Notes: generated by a model not told the origin, from the letters alone. A stretch of DNA of 64,000 nt from Opitutales bacterium (GCA_031552815.1 JAVBMG010000005.1:130030-194029); one strand, 5' to 3'; positions 39,762 through 51,796 are shown, numbered from the stretch's first letter. Numbers and translations: made by a program.

Positions 39762-42218
39762 TTAGTTGTCAGGATCGAGAATTTCCCTGCCTTGGCCGTT
39801 GTCAGGACTGACGATGCCTTCTTCCTCAAGAAGATCCATGATACGCGCGGCACGGTTGTACCCGATTTTCATTCTTCGTTGGAGAAAGGAAATGGATGCT
39901 TTTTTGCTGGTACGGATGATCTCAATGGCCTGAGGAATCAATGGGTCATCCCAGTCGCCTGCCTCCATGTTACCGCCTGTACCGTCAGGTTCAGCAGCAG
40001 CGTCCATATGTTCCTGTACTGCTTGGTTGATTTGCGGTCCGCCGTTTCTCTCATGCAGAAAATCAACGATCGCCTGGACTTCTTCATCGCTTACAAATGC
40101 GCATTGGGCGCGCGTCGGTTCGGATGTTCCCGGGGGGACGAAGAGCATATCGCCCCGTCCGATCAATCGTTCGGCTCCGTATTCGTCAAGAATGGTGCGG
40201 CTGTCTATACCGGAGGTTACTTTAAAAGCTATCCGGCTTGGTAGGTTGTTCTTCAGGTTTCCGGTAATGACTTTTACATTGGGACGTTGGGTGGCAAGGA
40301 TAAGATGAATGCCGGCAGCACGCGCCTTGGCAGCCAAACGTTGCACGCCAAGTTCTACTTCGGCAGGATTTACGGCCATCAAATCTGCAAATTCATCGAT
40401 AATACATACGATATAAGGCAGTTTCTTTTCTTCTTCCATGCCTGTTTCGAGATCGCGCGGGACTTCGATATTCATGTTATCATCATGAATGGTTTGGTCG
40501 TCATCCGCTTCCTCGTCATTTTCTTCGACAACACCTTTCTCAATCAGGGCGTTGTATCCTGAGATATTGCGGACCTTCTTTTCCGCGAAGAGATGGTACC
40601 GCCGTTCCATTTCATTGATTAACCACTTGAGTGCTCCGGGTACTTTCTTCGGGTCGGTAACAACAGGGATGAGCATGTGCGGAAGCACGTTGTACATCTG
40701 CATCTCCACGACTTTGGGGTCGACCATGATGAAACGTAATTCTTCCGGGCTGCAGCGGTAGAGGAGGGATGTAATGATTGCATTGATACATACACTTTTC
40801 CCGGATCCGGTAGAGCCTGCAATAAGAAGGTGGGGCATCTTTGCGAGGTCAAGTACGACAGGCTTTCCGCTGACTTCCTTGCCGAGCGCCAGCGGGATGT
40901 CGGCTTTTATTTCGCCCCATATGCGGGACTCCAGTATCTCACGTAACACTACAGGCGATTTTATGCGGTTGGGAACTTCCACGCCCATGCAGCCTTTTTC
41001 CGGTACCATCAAAACGCGGACTCCCTGGGCGTGCATGCCCATGGCAATGTCCGATTCAAGGCTGAGAATGCGGTTTGTGCGCACACCCGGAGCCGGAGAA
41101 ATATCATAGCGTGTGATAACCGGACCTGTATGGATGTCGCCGAGTTCCACTTTTATGTCAAATTGTGCCAAGGTGCGCAGGAGTGATTGTGCCCTTTCGG
41201 CATGATCCTCGGTGGAATCTGTAGCGGGGGCCTGCGGTTCGCTCAGCAGATCGGCCGGCGGAAACACATAATCACCGTGTTTTTTCTGTGGCTTGATGTT
41301 ACCGCGTTCAACCTGCTGATTTGAAATGATACGCAGAGATTTTTCATCGACGGTAGCATTTTTCCTGGCGGTAGCATCAGCAATTTTTCCCGGTTTGTCT
41401 TCTTTTTCCTTAGGTATGGCAGGTAGGGATTCGATGGCCTTGATGTTTTTTTTGGCACCATACTTTTCTTCGTCGGAAAGAAGATCTTCGGGTTTGGTGG
41501 AAGTACGGCTTTTCTTTTTGTTCTCTTCGGTTGCTGGTTCACTGTTTTTCGCAAGAAGGGCTTCTTCTTCAGCCTGACGTTTTTTTTCTGCTGCCGCAGC
41601 AGCACGTATTAATCGGTGTTCACGCCATTTATGGTAAGCTTTTATTATGACGTCAACGGTAAGCAGGAAAATGGAGGAGGTAACCAGGATGACCACTAAA
41701 ACGATAAAGATACCGACAGGACCGATGAATTGTTCTATCGCCTTATGATTAAGCAATTCTCCGAGGACACCGCCGATTCCGCGGGGCAAATAATCATCTT
41801 TTCCCGGTTTTATCCAAGTAAGTAATCCTGAAATGGACACAGTGATGAGAACCATCCACAATAATTTCGACCAACGTGTCCAAGTGGTTCTGAGGCAAAA
41901 GGCGAGTCCCATCCAAGTCGAGAAAATGGAAATCAGCCAAGCGCTTAAGCCAAACCATCCGAATAACCATTCACCGATGGTCCTTCCTATGCGACCGGTC
42001 ATAGGGTGGCTTTCTGTCGATTGCAGAGGACTCCAATCAAGAAGTACAACAAATATGCACAACCCGAACAAAAGAAAAAATGCTGCCCAGAATGGTCGTA
42101 TTTTCGGAGCCGGAGGCAGTATGGATTCTTTAATGTTAGCTTTGCTTGTTTTACTGGAGGCCATGTGTATCGCTTTAATAAACCATGAGATAATGAAAAA
42201 CAAAAGAACTTCCTTCAA
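39762..42218 (-). CDS. ftsK: DNA translocase FtsK
   Basis: N-terminal transmembrane helices, a charged linker, a motor with Walker A GSTGSGKSV, and a C-terminal gamma (winged-helix) domain ISFLQRRMKIGYNRAARIMDLLEEEGIV. The alternative start is the Met at 42164. Confidence 0.95.
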   Translation of the reverse strand: MKEVLLFFIISWFIKAIHMASSKTSKANIKESILPPAPKIRPFWAAFFLLFGLCIFVVLLDWSPLQSTESHPMTGRIGRTIGEWLFGWFGLSAWLISIFSTWMGLAFCLRTTWTRWSKLLWMVLITVSISGLLTWIKPGKDDYLPRGIGGVLGELLNHKAIEQFIGPVGIFIVLVVILVTSSIFLLTVDVIIKAYHKWREHRLIRAAAAAEKKRQAEEEALLAKNSEPATEENKKKSRTSTKPEDLLSDEEKYGAKKNIKAIESLPAIPKEKEDKPGKIADATARKNATVDEKSLRIISNQQVERGNIKPQKKHGDYVFPPADLLSEPQAPATDSTEDHAERAQSLLRTLAQFDIKVELGDIHTGPVITRYDISPAPGVRTNRILSLESDIAMGMHAQGVRVLMVPEKGCMGVEVPNRIKSPVVLREILESRIWGEIKADIPLALGKEVSGKPVVLDLAKMPHLLIAGSTGSGKSVCINAIITSLLYRCSPEELRFIMVDPKVVEMQMYNVLPHMLIPVVTDPKKVPGALKWLINEMERRYHLFAEKKVRNISGYNALIEKGVVEENDEEADDDQTIHDDNMNIEVPRDLETGMEEEKKLPYIVCIIDEFADLMAVNPAEVELGVQRLAAKARAAGIHLILATQRPNVKVITGNLKNNLPSRIAFKVTSGIDSRTILDEYGAERLIGRGDMLFVPPGTSEPTRAQCAFVSDEEVQAIVDFLHERNGGPQINQAVQEHMDAAAEPDGTGGNMEAGDWDDPLIPQAIEIIRTSKKASISFLQRRMKIGYNRAARIMDLLEEEGIVSPDNGQGREILDPDN
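41351..41377 (+). repeat. Two direct copies of the CGGTAGCAT motif 18 bp apart (inside ftsK)
   Basis: cgacggtagcatttttcctggcggtagcatcagc; the GGTAGCAT cores are at 41352-41359 and 41370-41377. Confidence 0.9.
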
Positions 42219-42390
42219 TCTGTTTTTCCTGATTATGCATGATTTGCCTTGGGATAAGCAGTATTTTTCATTTTCTTTGTCGGTTTATTCCGGACAAGAG
42301 CGTACAAATATAATTTGCTATTTGCAAAAAACTTTCATCTGTGTAAAGTTTCATGCTTTTACTAAGGATTGAAAAAAGCTTTCTAACTGA

Positions 42391-42969
42391 ATGAGAATTG
42401 GTCTGACAGGGGGTATCGGTTCAGGGAAATCGACTGCCAGTAAAGTTTTCCGGGATTTAGGTTTTAATACGTTATCAACGGACGAAGCGGTTCATGCTCT
42501 CTACGCGGGGGATGCCGTATTAAGACAAAAATTGGCATCCCGGTTCGGGGGCGGTATCATTACAAAAGAAGGCGATATTGACAGAAAAGCGCTGGCCGAG
42601 ATTGTTTTTCAGGACGTGCAGGCAAGGAAGGATCTGGAATCAATTGTCCATCCCATGGTCCGTGATTATTGGCTGAATGCTACCGCAAATAAGGACGAGC
42701 GTTGGCTGGTAGAAATTCCCTTGCTTTTTGAAAACAAATTGGACACATTGTTTGACCATACTGTCTGCGTTGTGGTCAGCCCCTCTGTTCAAACCGAACG
42801 GTTGAAACTTCGAGGTATGGATATCGTTGATGCACAAAGACGTATTACCCAGCAGCTTCCCCTTGATGAAAAGATCAGAAGAGCCGATTGCGTGATATGG
42901 AACGACGGTAGCATCTCTTCTTTAAATCAGCAAATTTACTTCTGGGTCTCCCAAGTTTTAAATTTTTAA
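42391..42969 (+). CDS. coaE: Dephospho-CoA kinase
   Basis: [16 protein letters not shown]-loop and the size typical of the family. Confidence 0.9.
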   Translation: MRIGLTGGIGSGKSTASKVFRDLGFNTLSTDEAVHALYAGDAVLRQKLASRFGGGIITKEGDIDRKALAEIVFQDVQARKDLESIVHPMVRDYWLNATANKDERWLVEIPLLFENKLDTLFDHTVCVVVSPSVQTERLKLRGMDIVDAQRRITQQLPLDEKIRRADCVIWNDGSISSLNQQIYFWVSQVLNF

Positions 42970-42982
42970 CAGTTTCAGTGTA

Positions 42983-45064
42983 ATGAGCGAGGATAACGAA
43001 TCCGAACAAGACAAAACAGAATTTCTACCCGAATCCTTTCCTGACCAGGCGGAACCGGTGAAAAAAACAACCCGGAAACGTGTTTCTAAAAAAACGGACC
43101 CTGAAGAAGGTGAAGTGAAGAAAACGCGTAAACCAAGGAAAAAAGCGACAGAAAAAGCCGAATCAGAGGAAGATGCGGTGGTTGATGCTGTCAATATAGA
43201 AACCGCAGAGAAGGATGTGTCTGATGAAGATGTGTTCAAGGGTGGGGAATCCATCAGTTTTGATCCGGATGAAGAATCCGTGAAAAATACTGACGAGGAG
43301 AAGCCATCTTCGGAAATGCAGGAAGGAAATGTGCCATCCGGAGCTGGAAAACGTGATTTACGGCAGATTATTCTGGCGAGAAGAGGCAATGGCGGAGGAG
43401 ATAGTTCTAATGAGGCTGTTGCCGGACAGAACAAAGAGAAGGAGACGAATCCTGAGGAGAAAGCCGTGCAGGAAAATGCATCCTCTGTTCCTGCCAGAAA
43501 TGAAGATACTCCCAATAATGGGAACAACAAGAAATTTGACCGGAAAGATTGGGGTGACCGGCGTCAGCATACGGATAAAAACCCGCAGAACCAAGGTAAT
43601 AAGGTTCATCAGAAAAGCAGTAGCCAGAAACCCTTTGAAAAGAATAAGGGCAAGGAAAAAGGGCCGAAATTCCGCTCAAAAGGATTTGGTCTGGATGGCG
43701 AACAGAATTTGGACATAGGCGATCTTCCTTATTATGGATTGTTTGCCCAGCAGGAAGAGTTGGAAATGCTGGCATCAACCTTGTGTTCCAGCAATACGGA
43801 GCCGCTGTTGTATAACCACATTTATACTGCGCCGATAAAAGAATTACTGGCTTGGGCGCAAATGAAACAGTTGCAGCTGGGAGGTTCTCCGGGACGCGGG
43901 CAGCTCATTGACGGTATCGTTCAGTTGGCAGCAAATGAACAGCAGGAATTGCGTGCTACCGGTGTTCTTGATATTGTCGAGGACGGATTTGGTCTCTTGG
44001 TTTTCCAATCAGACAGTTATGCCCAGAAATCCCGTAGCGTTTACGTCGACAGAAGCTTTATTAAACGGTACGGATTGCAACGCGGGCACATTCTGACCGT
44101 ACAAATCCATCCGAAACGCGAACATTGTACGTGCCCGTTCTGTATCCGTGTCATTGATGTTATGGGTAAGGACCTTACCAGTTTGGAAGGCGTTACCCCA
44201 TTCCAGGAGCTGACTCCCTATTATCCGTTGGATCGTATCCGTTTGGAAACAGACGGAAAGGGCGGTTGGGACAATATTTCCATGCGTATTGTGGATATGC
44301 TTTCCCCGGTAGGGCTTGGACAGCGCGGGTTGATTGTTGCACCGCCCAGAGTGGGAAAAACCATTCTTTTGCAAGGCATTGCCAATGCGATTCAGTCAAA
44401 CTATCCGAATGTTCATCTGATCGTTTTGCTCATTGATGAGCGTCCCGAAGAAGTAACGGACTTTAAACGGCAGGTAAAAGGTGAGGTGATCTGTTCGACT
44501 TTTGATGAATCAGCGGAAAGTCATTGTCATGCTGCTGAATTGGTTATTGAAAAGGCCCGCAGAATGGTGGAACAGGGGCAGCACGTGGTTATTTTACTTG
44601 ATTCGATTACCCGTTTGGCACGCGCTTATAATACACTTAGCCCAAATAGCGGTAAAATCCTTTCCGGTGGTGTGGAGGCGAATGCCCTGCAAAAGCCCAA
44701 ACGGTTCTTCGGTTCCGCCAGAAACATTGAAGGCGGCGGTAGTCTGACTATCTTGGGAACTGCCCTGGTTGAGACCGGCAGCAAGATGGATGAGGTTATT
44801 TTTGAGGAATTCAAGGGAACCGGGAACATGGAGCTCCATTTGGACAGGGAATTGGCTGATAAACGCATATTTCCGGCCATCAATATGGATAAAAGCGGTA
44901 CCCGAAAGGAGGAACTTTTGTATCATAAAGATGAAATGAATAAAATTTATTCGTTGCGTCGGGCCATGAAAGGTGTTCCATCTACAGACGCAATGGAATT
45001 ATTAATTCAACGTGTTCGTAAAACTCAAACGAATGCCGAATTTTTGATTTCCATGAATCGTTAA
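42983..45064 (+). CDS. rho: Transcription termination factor Rho with a roughly 260-aa charged low-complexity N-terminal extension
   Basis: Core: RNA-binding [15 protein letters not shown], Walker [13 protein letters not shown], and the C-terminal [20 protein letters not shown]. It is 693 aa versus about 420 aa for a canonical Rho. Confidence 0.95.
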   Translation: MSEDNESEQDKTEFLPESFPDQAEPVKKTTRKRVSKKTDPEEGEVKKTRKPRKKATEKAESEEDAVVDAVNIETAEKDVSDEDVFKGGESISFDPDEESVKNTDEEKPSSEMQEGNVPSGAGKRDLRQIILARRGNGGGDSSNEAVAGQNKEKETNPEEKAVQENASSVPARNEDTPNNGNNKKFDRKDWGDRRQHTDKNPQNQGNKVHQKSSSQKPFEKNKGKEKGPKFRSKGFGLDGEQNLDIGDLPYYGLFAQQEELEMLASTLCSSNTEPLLYNHIYTAPIKELLAWAQMKQLQLGGSPGRGQLIDGIVQLAANEQQELRATGVLDIVEDGFGLLVFQSDSYAQKSRSVYVDRSFIKRYGLQRGHILTVQIHPKREHCTCPFCIRVIDVMGKDLTSLEGVTPFQELTPYYPLDRIRLETDGKGGWDNISMRIVDMLSPVGLGQRGLIVAPPRVGKTILLQGIANAIQSNYPNVHLIVLLIDERPEEVTDFKRQVKGEVICSTFDESAESHCHAAELVIEKARRMVEQGQHVVILLDSITRLARAYNTLSPNSGKILSGGVEANALQKPKRFFGSARNIEGGGSLTILGTALVETGSKMDEVIFEEFKGTGNMELHLDRELADKRIFPAINMDKSGTRKEELLYHKDEMNKIYSLRRAMKGVPSTDAMELLIQRVRKTQTNAEFLISMNR

Positions 45065-45087
45065 ACTTTCTACTCTATTAAACACTG

Positions 45088-46812
45088 ATGATCTCAGACG
45101 ACAAATTCTTACTTCAGTTGTTGCAGGACAAGGAAATCCTTGACCCTAAGGTAATCGATGTTGCTCGCAAGCAATTGCAAAGCGAAGGTGTTTCGGAAGA
45201 TTCGCTGGATTCTGCAATCCTTAACCTGCTCGTTGAAAAAAACTATCTGACCTACGACGTTGTTGCTAACGTTCTCGCCGAAGAGTTTAACATAGAACAG
45301 GTTGACATCAGCACATTTACGCCGGACGAGGAGATGCGCCGTTATGTAAGTCGCCGTTTCGCTTTGGACCGCAAGGTGTTTCCGATCTCTATGGAAGGTG
45401 AGGTCTTACGTATAGCGATTATTGATCCGCTTGATCTCGACCCGGTCGAAGAGTTAAGCAATCGCCTGCGTAAATCCGTCGAAACGTATCTTACGACGAT
45501 TCCTGCGATTGAGGATGCCATTGCGCGTTATTATAAGGAAAGCGACGCTGCTGCCGATGACATCGCAAACCAGTTTGCTCAGGCCAAGGAAGAGGGAAAT
45601 GTCGAGGTTGATATCGGCGTTGACGCGAAAACAGCAAAGAGTGCTGAGGATGCGCCGATTATCAAATATGTCCAGATGGTCATCACAGAGGCCATCAAAC
45701 GCCGGGCATCAGATATTCACATGGAGCCGCTTGAAAAACGGTTCCGTGTCCGTTATCGTGTGGACGGCGTGTTACAGGAAGTTGAGAATCCGCCAAAACG
45801 ATTGCAGCCGTCCATTGTTTCCCGCCTCAAGATCATGGCAAACGTCAGCATTGCTGAGAAACGTATTCCGCAGGACGGACGTATCAATATTAAGGTAAAC
45901 GGAAAGAGTATTGACTTGCGTGTGTCTGTGTTGCCTACCGCTTACGGTGAAAGCATCGTCATGCGTATCTTGGACAAGGAAGGACTGAAACTTGGTCTTC
46001 CGCAGCTTGGCTTCTTCAGTGATGACCAAACTATGTTCGAGAAGCTGATTTCCATGCCGGACGGAGTGTTTCTTGTCACAGGACCTACCGGTTCCGGTAA
46101 ATCAACAACCCTTTATTCGGCTCTCAATTACATCAATAAACCCGACAGAAAAATCATTACTGTTGAAGACCCGGTCGAATATGAAATGTCAGGTATCAAT
46201 CAGGTTCAGGTGCGAAGGGATGTCGGTATGACTTTCGCGGCCGCCCTGAGAGCTATGTTGCGCCAAGCGCCCAACATCATCATGATCGGGGAAATTCGTG
46301 ACTTGGAAACTGCGGAAATCGCGGTCCAGGCATCACTTACGGGTCACATGGTGTATAGCACGCTTCACACCAATGACGCTCCCGGTGCAGTGACCCGTCT
46401 GGTAGATATCGGAGTGAAACCCTATCTCGTATCTGCGGCATTGCGCGGAGTATTGGCGCAACGACTCATCCGGAAGATATGCAGTGAGTGTAAGCAACCC
46501 TACATTCCATCGAATGCGGAACTTATGACCATTGGATTGACGGAGTCAGACCGTGCGAATGCAAACTTTATGATCGGCGGTGGATGTACCCGTTGTACAG
46601 GCAGAGGCTATCGCGGTCGTATAGGACTTTTTGAGCTGTTTGTTGTTAATGAGGAAATTCAACAAATGGTTTACGAAAATGCAACCCTTGTCGAATTACG
46701 GCAAAAAACACGCGAACTCGGAATGCGATCTATGCGTGAAGACGGTATTCGTAAGATCACAGCCGGGTTAACCACCATAGCGGAAGTTATATCGGCAACA
46801 GTAGGAGACTAA
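45088..46812 (+). CDS. GspE/PilB-family type II secretion / type IV pilus assembly ATPase (copy 1)
   Basis: T2SSE_N-like N-terminal domain, Walker [14 protein letters not shown], Asp/His boxes, and the tetracysteine CSEC...CTRC motif. Confidence 0.9.
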   Translation: MISDDKFLLQLLQDKEILDPKVIDVARKQLQSEGVSEDSLDSAILNLLVEKNYLTYDVVANVLAEEFNIEQVDISTFTPDEEMRRYVSRRFALDRKVFPISMEGEVLRIAIIDPLDLDPVEELSNRLRKSVETYLTTIPAIEDAIARYYKESDAAADDIANQFAQAKEEGNVEVDIGVDAKTAKSAEDAPIIKYVQMVITEAIKRRASDIHMEPLEKRFRVRYRVDGVLQEVENPPKRLQPSIVSRLKIMANVSIAEKRIPQDGRINIKVNGKSIDLRVSVLPTAYGESIVMRILDKEGLKLGLPQLGFFSDDQTMFEKLISMPDGVFLVTGPTGSGKSTTLYSALNYINKPDRKIITVEDPVEYEMSGINQVQVRRDVGMTFAAALRAMLRQAPNIIMIGEIRDLETAEIAVQASLTGHMVYSTLHTNDAPGAVTRLVDIGVKPYLVSAALRGVLAQRLIRKICSECKQPYIPSNAELMTIGLTESDRANANFMIGGGCTRCTGRGYRGRIGLFELFVVNEEIQQMVYENATLVELRQKTRELGMRSMREDGIRKITAGLTTIAEVISATVGD

Positions 46813-46831
46813 TCTTTAAACCCTTTTGCGT

Positions 46832-48517
46832 ATGTTCGAAGATCACAACTCAGCAATTTACGAAATATTCCAAAACAGCGACATTATCAACCCCGCACAG
46901 CTTCGGGAGTTTGTGGAAACGCAAAACACCACGTCAAAACCTTTGGCGAATGTTATTCTGGAATCGGAGGTTATCACGCGTCAGCAGTTCCTTCAGGCAG
47001 TCGCTCAGTATCTCGGGTACGAATATACGGAAGATATTCCCGATGAGATACCTGAGGAAATGATTCAGATGCTTGGCGCGAGCAAGGCGCACATGTACGG
47101 AGTCGTTCCCATAAAGGCGCAAGGAAGCACGCTTCATCTCGTCGCGATGGATCCGTTTAATTATTCGATCATCGATGACTTATCTTTTGCCCTGAATCGT
47201 GATATCAGCATTATTGTAACAGATCCAAGTCTGGTGGAAGCGTTGTTAAATGAATATTACGGGGAAGAGTCCAGTTACACCTCATTTCTTGATGAAATCG
47301 CGTCCTCATTTTCTGGCGGTGATGATTTAAATAATGACAAGAAGCTGAATGAGGCTGCCAATCAGACTCCGATTATCCGTTTCGTTGATATTGTTTTGCA
47401 ACAGGCAATCAAAGACGGCGCTTCTGACGTTCACTTCGAACCATACGAAGATAGATTCCGTTTGCGTTACCGTATTGACGGTTCTCTGTACGAGATGGCG
47501 CCGCCGCCAAAGAATATGGCCTTGCCGATTGTTTCTCGTATCAAAGTGCTTTCCAATCTGAATATTGCCGAGCAACGTATCCCGCAGGACGGACGTATTA
47601 AGACGACGATTGCAGGAAGACAGGTCGATCTTCGTGTATCTACGCTGCCAACGCAGTTCGGTGAAAGCGTAGTGCTTCGTGTGCTTGACAAATCCGCTGT
47701 GAATCTGGATTTGGACAAGCTCAGTATGGCGGACGAAATTCTGAACAACATCCGTTCAGTCGTAAACCGTCCGAACGGTATCTTTATTGTTACAGGACCT
47801 ACCGGTTCCGGTAAAACGACAACACTTTATTCCGCCTTGCGCGAAGTAAACACTGTAGATACAAAAATTCTGACCGCTGAAGATCCTATCGAATACGAAA
47901 TCGAGGGGATCATGCAGGTCGGCGTGAACCATCAGGTTGGATTAACATTTGCTGCGGCACTTCGCTCCTTCCTGCGTCAAGACCCGGACACGATCATGGT
48001 GGGGGAAATTCGTGACTTGGAAACTGCGCAGATTGCGGTGCAGGCATCGTTGACCGGTCACATTGTGCTTTCTACCTTGCACACGAATGACGCCTCGGGT
48101 GCTGTTACCCGTATGATTGATATGGGTCTGGAGCCGTTCCTTATTTCCGCCTCACTGGAGGCCGTGCTTGCCCAGCGACTCCTTCGCAGGATTTGCCGGC
48201 GTTGTCGCACTGCTTACGAGCCCGATCAAAAGGTCTTGGAAATGCTTGGAGCCGATGCGCTGGAAATTGCCGACAAACAATTCTATTACGGAAAAGGTTG
48301 CCACGAATGCAGTAAAACAGGTTATCGCGGCCGTCAGGGACTTTTCGAAATGATCATGATGACCGATGCTATTCGCGAACTTATCAACGTGAAGTCGCCG
48401 ACTCTGGTCATTAAGCAGAAAGCAATAGAGCAAGGCATGCGTACATTGCGTGACGACGGTTTGCGCGCTATTTTTGATGGTGCTACTACCATTGAAGAAG
48501 TCTTGAAATACACCTAA
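46832..48517 (+). CDS. GspE/PilB-family type II secretion / type IV pilus assembly ATPase (copy 2)
   Basis: Same architecture as copy 1 ([13 protein letters not shown]; CRRC...CHEC). I prefer the ATG at 46832 over the TTG at 46826. The core aligns by eye with copy 1, with many identical residues. Confidence 0.9.
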   Translation: MFEDHNSAIYEIFQNSDIINPAQLREFVETQNTTSKPLANVILESEVITRQQFLQAVAQYLGYEYTEDIPDEIPEEMIQMLGASKAHMYGVVPIKAQGSTLHLVAMDPFNYSIIDDLSFALNRDISIIVTDPSLVEALLNEYYGEESSYTSFLDEIASSFSGGDDLNNDKKLNEAANQTPIIRFVDIVLQQAIKDGASDVHFEPYEDRFRLRYRIDGSLYEMAPPPKNMALPIVSRIKVLSNLNIAEQRIPQDGRIKTTIAGRQVDLRVSTLPTQFGESVVLRVLDKSAVNLDLDKLSMADEILNNIRSVVNRPNGIFIVTGPTGSGKTTTLYSALREVNTVDTKILTAEDPIEYEIEGIMQVGVNHQVGLTFAAALRSFLRQDPDTIMVGEIRDLETAQIAVQASLTGHIVLSTLHTNDASGAVTRMIDMGLEPFLISASLEAVLAQRLLRRICRRCRTAYEPDQKVLEMLGADALEIADKQFYYGKGCHECSKTGYRGRQGLFEMIMMTDAIRELINVKSPTLVIKQKAIEQGMRTLRDDGLRAIFDGATTIEEVLKYT

Positions 48518-48540
48518 TCTAACAGAAACTTTATCCCAAA

Positions 48541-49791
48541 ATGCCAAAGTATTCTTACACAGCAATCGATTTGTCCGGTAAGCAAAAAACCGGAACCATT
48601 GACGCAGCAAGCGAAGCCGAAGCCAATGCAAAAATCACCGCCATGGGTCTTATGCCCATGAGTGTCGAGGAAGGCAAAGGCAGCGGGAAAAAGTCGTCAA
48701 AGAAACGTGCTACCGGTGGTAGGAAAAAACCACTTCTAGCATTCGGTAGAGCCATTGATGATGAGGGAATGAGTATGTTTACCCGTCAGATGGCCACCTT
48801 GATTCAGGCAAATCTTCCGCTTCTGCGAAGCTTGGAGGTTATGGTGCGCCAGGAGAAAAATGTACGGTTTCGTGGTGTCCTGGAAGATTTGGCGGACAGT
48901 GTCCGTTCCGGTAATCCTTTTTCTGAGGCACTTCAGAAATATCCGGATCTCTTTGACCGTCTCTATGTAAACATGGTGAAGGCCGGTGAGGCCGGTGGTG
49001 TTTTGGACGTGGTTCTTTCCCGTTTGGCTAAGTTCAAGGAAAACGCCCTCCGTCTGAATAAGAAAGTGAAATCAGCCATGGTGTATCCGATGGTTGTTAT
49101 CGGCGTGGCGGTTATCATTGTTATCGTGTTGATGTTGGTGGTTGTTCCGAAGTTTGAAAACATCTTCCAGGATATGTTGAAAGGAGCCGCATTGCCTGCG
49201 CCCACGCAATTGCTGATTGACGCCAGTAACTTTGTTCAAAACCATGCGATAGTCACTCTTGGCTTTTTGATCGGTATATGGATCGGCTTTAAGGTTTTCC
49301 TGAAGACGGAATTTGGTCAACGCACGATGGATGGTCTCGTGCTCAAGTTGCCGAAGATCAGTGATTTGGCTGCAAAAGTAAATATCAGCCGTTTCACAAG
49401 AACCTTCGGAACATTGCTTGCCAGCGGTGTTCCTATTTTGGATGCTCTGAATATCACCAAGGAGGTTGTCGGAAATGCAAAATTCCGTGACGCTATTTCC
49501 CGTATTCATGATGCTGTTCGTGACGGTGAACCTATTTCCGCACCGATGGAACGTGAAAAAATATTCCCGTCCATTGTATCAAGCATGGTGGATGTGGGTG
49601 AAGAAACGGGTGAACTTTCGAACATGTTGAACCGTATTGCGGACAACTATGACGAAGACGTGGACAATGCTGTTTCCAGTATTACGTCAATTATTGAACC
49701 GATCATGATTGTGGTCTTGGCTTTGATCGTCGGTTACGTTGTTATCGCGCTCTTTATGCCAATCGTTGAAATTATTCAGAACGTTAAATAA
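48541..49791 (+). CDS. GspF/PilC-family inner-membrane platform protein
   Basis: 416 aa, two repeated GspF domains with three transmembrane segments, [20 protein letters not shown] motif. Confidence 0.9.
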   Translation: MPKYSYTAIDLSGKQKTGTIDAASEAEANAKITAMGLMPMSVEEGKGSGKKSSKKRATGGRKKPLLAFGRAIDDEGMSMFTRQMATLIQANLPLLRSLEVMVRQEKNVRFRGVLEDLADSVRSGNPFSEALQKYPDLFDRLYVNMVKAGEAGGVLDVVLSRLAKFKENALRLNKKVKSAMVYPMVVIGVAVIIVIVLMLVVVPKFENIFQDMLKGAALPAPTQLLIDASNFVQNHAIVTLGFLIGIWIGFKVFLKTEFGQRTMDGLVLKLPKISDLAAKVNISRFTRTFGTLLASGVPILDALNITKEVVGNAKFRDAISRIHDAVRDGEPISAPMEREKIFPSIVSSMVDVGEETGELSNMLNRIADNYDEDVDNAVSSITSIIEPIMIVVLALIVGYVVIALFMPIVEIIQNVK

Positions 49792-49805
49792 TCCGACGGT
49801 AGCAT

Positions 49806-49837
49806 CAAAAAAACCTCCGCGGCAGTGGAGGTTTTTT
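49806..49837 (+). terminator. Rho-independent terminator after the pilus/secretion genes
   Basis: cctccgc (49813-49819) / gtggagg (49824-49830) with one G-U pair, T-run 49831-49837. A motif copy at 49797-49804 precedes it. Confidence 0.8.
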
Positions 49838-49890
49838 TGTGAGGACAGTTCCTGTTTTGGCAATAATTTCCATTTAAATACATAAAATCA

Positions 49891-50475
49891 ATGAAAGCGG
49901 AAAAACCTGTGAAACGCTGTGACTGGTGCGGAACAGACCCTCTTTATCAAAAATATCATGATGAGGAATGGGGAAGGGAGGTCACTGATGATGCGACAAT
50001 GTTTGAGTTCCTGGTTCTTGAGAGTGCCCAGGCCGGGTTGAGCTGGATAACGATTTTACGGAAACGGGAAAATTACAGAAAGGCTTTTGCAGGGTTTGAT
50101 CCGGAAAAGATTGCAAGGTTTACGCAAAAAGATGTGGAACGCTTGATGCAGAACGAAGGGATTATACGCAACCGGCTAAAAATTAAAGCTACCGTTACAA
50201 ATGCGATTCATTTTCTGGAGGTGCAACGCGAATTTGGCAGCTTTTGCAATTACATGAAAGGTTTTTTGCCGGGAGGTAAGCCGATAATCAATCACTGGAA
50301 AACAATAAGCGAGGTTCCCGCTTCCACCAGTATTTCCGACACAATCAGTAAGGACATGAAACGGCGTGGATTCAAATTTTTCGGAACGACCATTTGTTAT
50401 GCCCATTTACAGGCGGTCGGTTATGTTAATGATCATCTATCCGACTGTTTTCTCAGAAAAGGAAAGAAAAAATAA
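49891..50475 (+). CDS. tag: DNA-3-methyladenine glycosylase I
   Basis: CDWCGTDPLYQKYHDEEWG and LVLESAQAGLSWITILRKRENYRKAF motifs. Confidence 0.9.
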   Translation: MKAEKPVKRCDWCGTDPLYQKYHDEEWGREVTDDATMFEFLVLESAQAGLSWITILRKRENYRKAFAGFDPEKIARFTQKDVERLMQNEGIIRNRLKIKATVTNAIHFLEVQREFGSFCNYMKGFLPGGKPIINHWKTISEVPASTSISDTISKDMKRRGFKFFGTTICYAHLQAVGYVNDHLSDCFLRKGKKK

Positions 50476-50563
50476 AACGGCAATCGTAATACGAACTGTC
50501 ATATTAACCGTTTGACTGTTTCTTCTTTAGCGGTTTCATTACTAGCAAATAAATAATCATACA

Positions 50564-51106
50564 ATGGCTGACACAAGAATACTTAGCAGGGACTGTGCCT
50601 CCACGATGATACCTTCCGGGGAAACATTTAATTTGCCCCAAGGAACGGAGGTAACGATTACTCATCGGTTGGGGGATAATTTCACGGTAACATGCGAATT
50701 CGGAATGATGCGCATTGCCGGAAAAGATGCGGATGCTATTGGCGAAAATGTTGTTCAGAAAGGCAATGCTGCCGCTAATCATGACGGGGGGCCGCCCGAC
50801 ATAAAAGCCTGCTGGGATGCACTGAAGACAGTTTTTGACCCGGAAATACCCGTAAACATTGTTGATCTCGGGTTGGTTTATACATTGGAGCCGATCACCA
50901 TGGAGGATGGCAAATACAAGGTTGATTGTGCCATTACCCTGACAGCTCCCGGTTGCGGCATGGGTCCTGTCATTGCGGAAGATGCGCGTTTACGTCTCAT
51001 GACAGTGCCGGGAGTAAGCGACGCGGAAGTCTCGATTGTCTGGGATCCGCCCTGGAATCAGGATATGATTTCCGAAGAGGGCAAGATGGAGCTTGGGCTT
51101 ATATAA
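50564..51106 (+). CDS. sufT: Putative Fe-S cluster assembly protein SufT (DUF59/MIP18 family)
   Basis: C-terminal DUF59 core [20 protein letters not shown]...LTAPGCGMG plus the SufT-type N-terminal domain. Confidence 0.7.
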   Translation: MADTRILSRDCASTMIPSGETFNLPQGTEVTITHRLGDNFTVTCEFGMMRIAGKDADAIGENVVQKGNAAANHDGGPPDIKACWDALKTVFDPEIPVNIVDLGLVYTLEPITMEDGKYKVDCAITLTAPGCGMGPVIAEDARLRLMTVPGVSDAEVSIVWDPPWNQDMISEEGKMELGLI

Positions 51107-51141
51107 GCTATTTAATTGGTAACTCTTAATTTATTTTATTC

Positions 51142-51726
51142 ATGGCAAAGAAGAAAGACGAAGAAATCCAGACGAATGCACCGTTTCAGAATATCATTGG
51201 GGAAAAATTCCTCAAGGAACGGAAAGTTTTTCTCTGGGGTGAGGTGAATACGGATTCCGCAAAGGTAATCACGGAAAAACTGCTCTATCTTGAATTTGCC
51301 GATCCCGGAAAGGAAATTACTTTCTATATCAATACGCCGGGCGGTAGCATCACGGACGGAATGGCGATTTATGATACCATCAAACTGATTTCCTCTCCTG
51401 TGAAAGTCGTTGTTACGGGTATGGCCGCCAGCATGGGTTCGATTCTTTTGTCTGCGGCAGAGAAGGGAAATCGCTACCTTTATCCGCATTCGCGTGTGAT
51501 GATTCACCAACCGTTGATCGGCGGGCATTTTTATGCTCCTGCCGTGGATATACATATTCAGGCAAAGGAAATGGAGCGTATCCGCGATGAACTGAACAAG
51601 ATTCTTGCCGAGGCATCAGGACAGGCTATCGAGAAAATCATTCAGGATACGGACAGGGATTTCTACCTGAATGCCGAGGAGGCAATCAAGTACGGGCTTG
51701 CCGACAAGATTATCGAGAAGATTTAA
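51142..51726 (+). CDS. clpP: ATP-dependent Clp protease proteolytic subunit
   Basis: INTPGGSITDGMAIYDT, GMAASMGSILL (catalytic Ser) and IHQP (His) motifs. Confidence 0.95.
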   Translation: MAKKKDEEIQTNAPFQNIIGEKFLKERKVFLWGEVNTDSAKVITEKLLYLEFADPGKEITFYINTPGGSITDGMAIYDTIKLISSPVKVVVTGMAASMGSILLSAAEKGNRYLYPHSRVMIHQPLIGGHFYAPAVDIHIQAKEMERIRDELNKILAEASGQAIEKIIQDTDRDFYLNAEEAIKYGLADKIIEKI

Positions 51727-51796
51727 GCGGTGAATTGACTTTTAAAACGCTTGATTAAAAATGTGAGTGTAACGGCTATGCTGCCGTTTGCATGTC

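Noticed and set aside
42958-43530. A 190-aa minus-strand ORF across the rho 5' region
   Set aside because: It is the low-complexity Ser/Phe-rich mirror of the charged Rho N-terminal extension, and it also overlaps the end of coaE. It is a shadow ORF.
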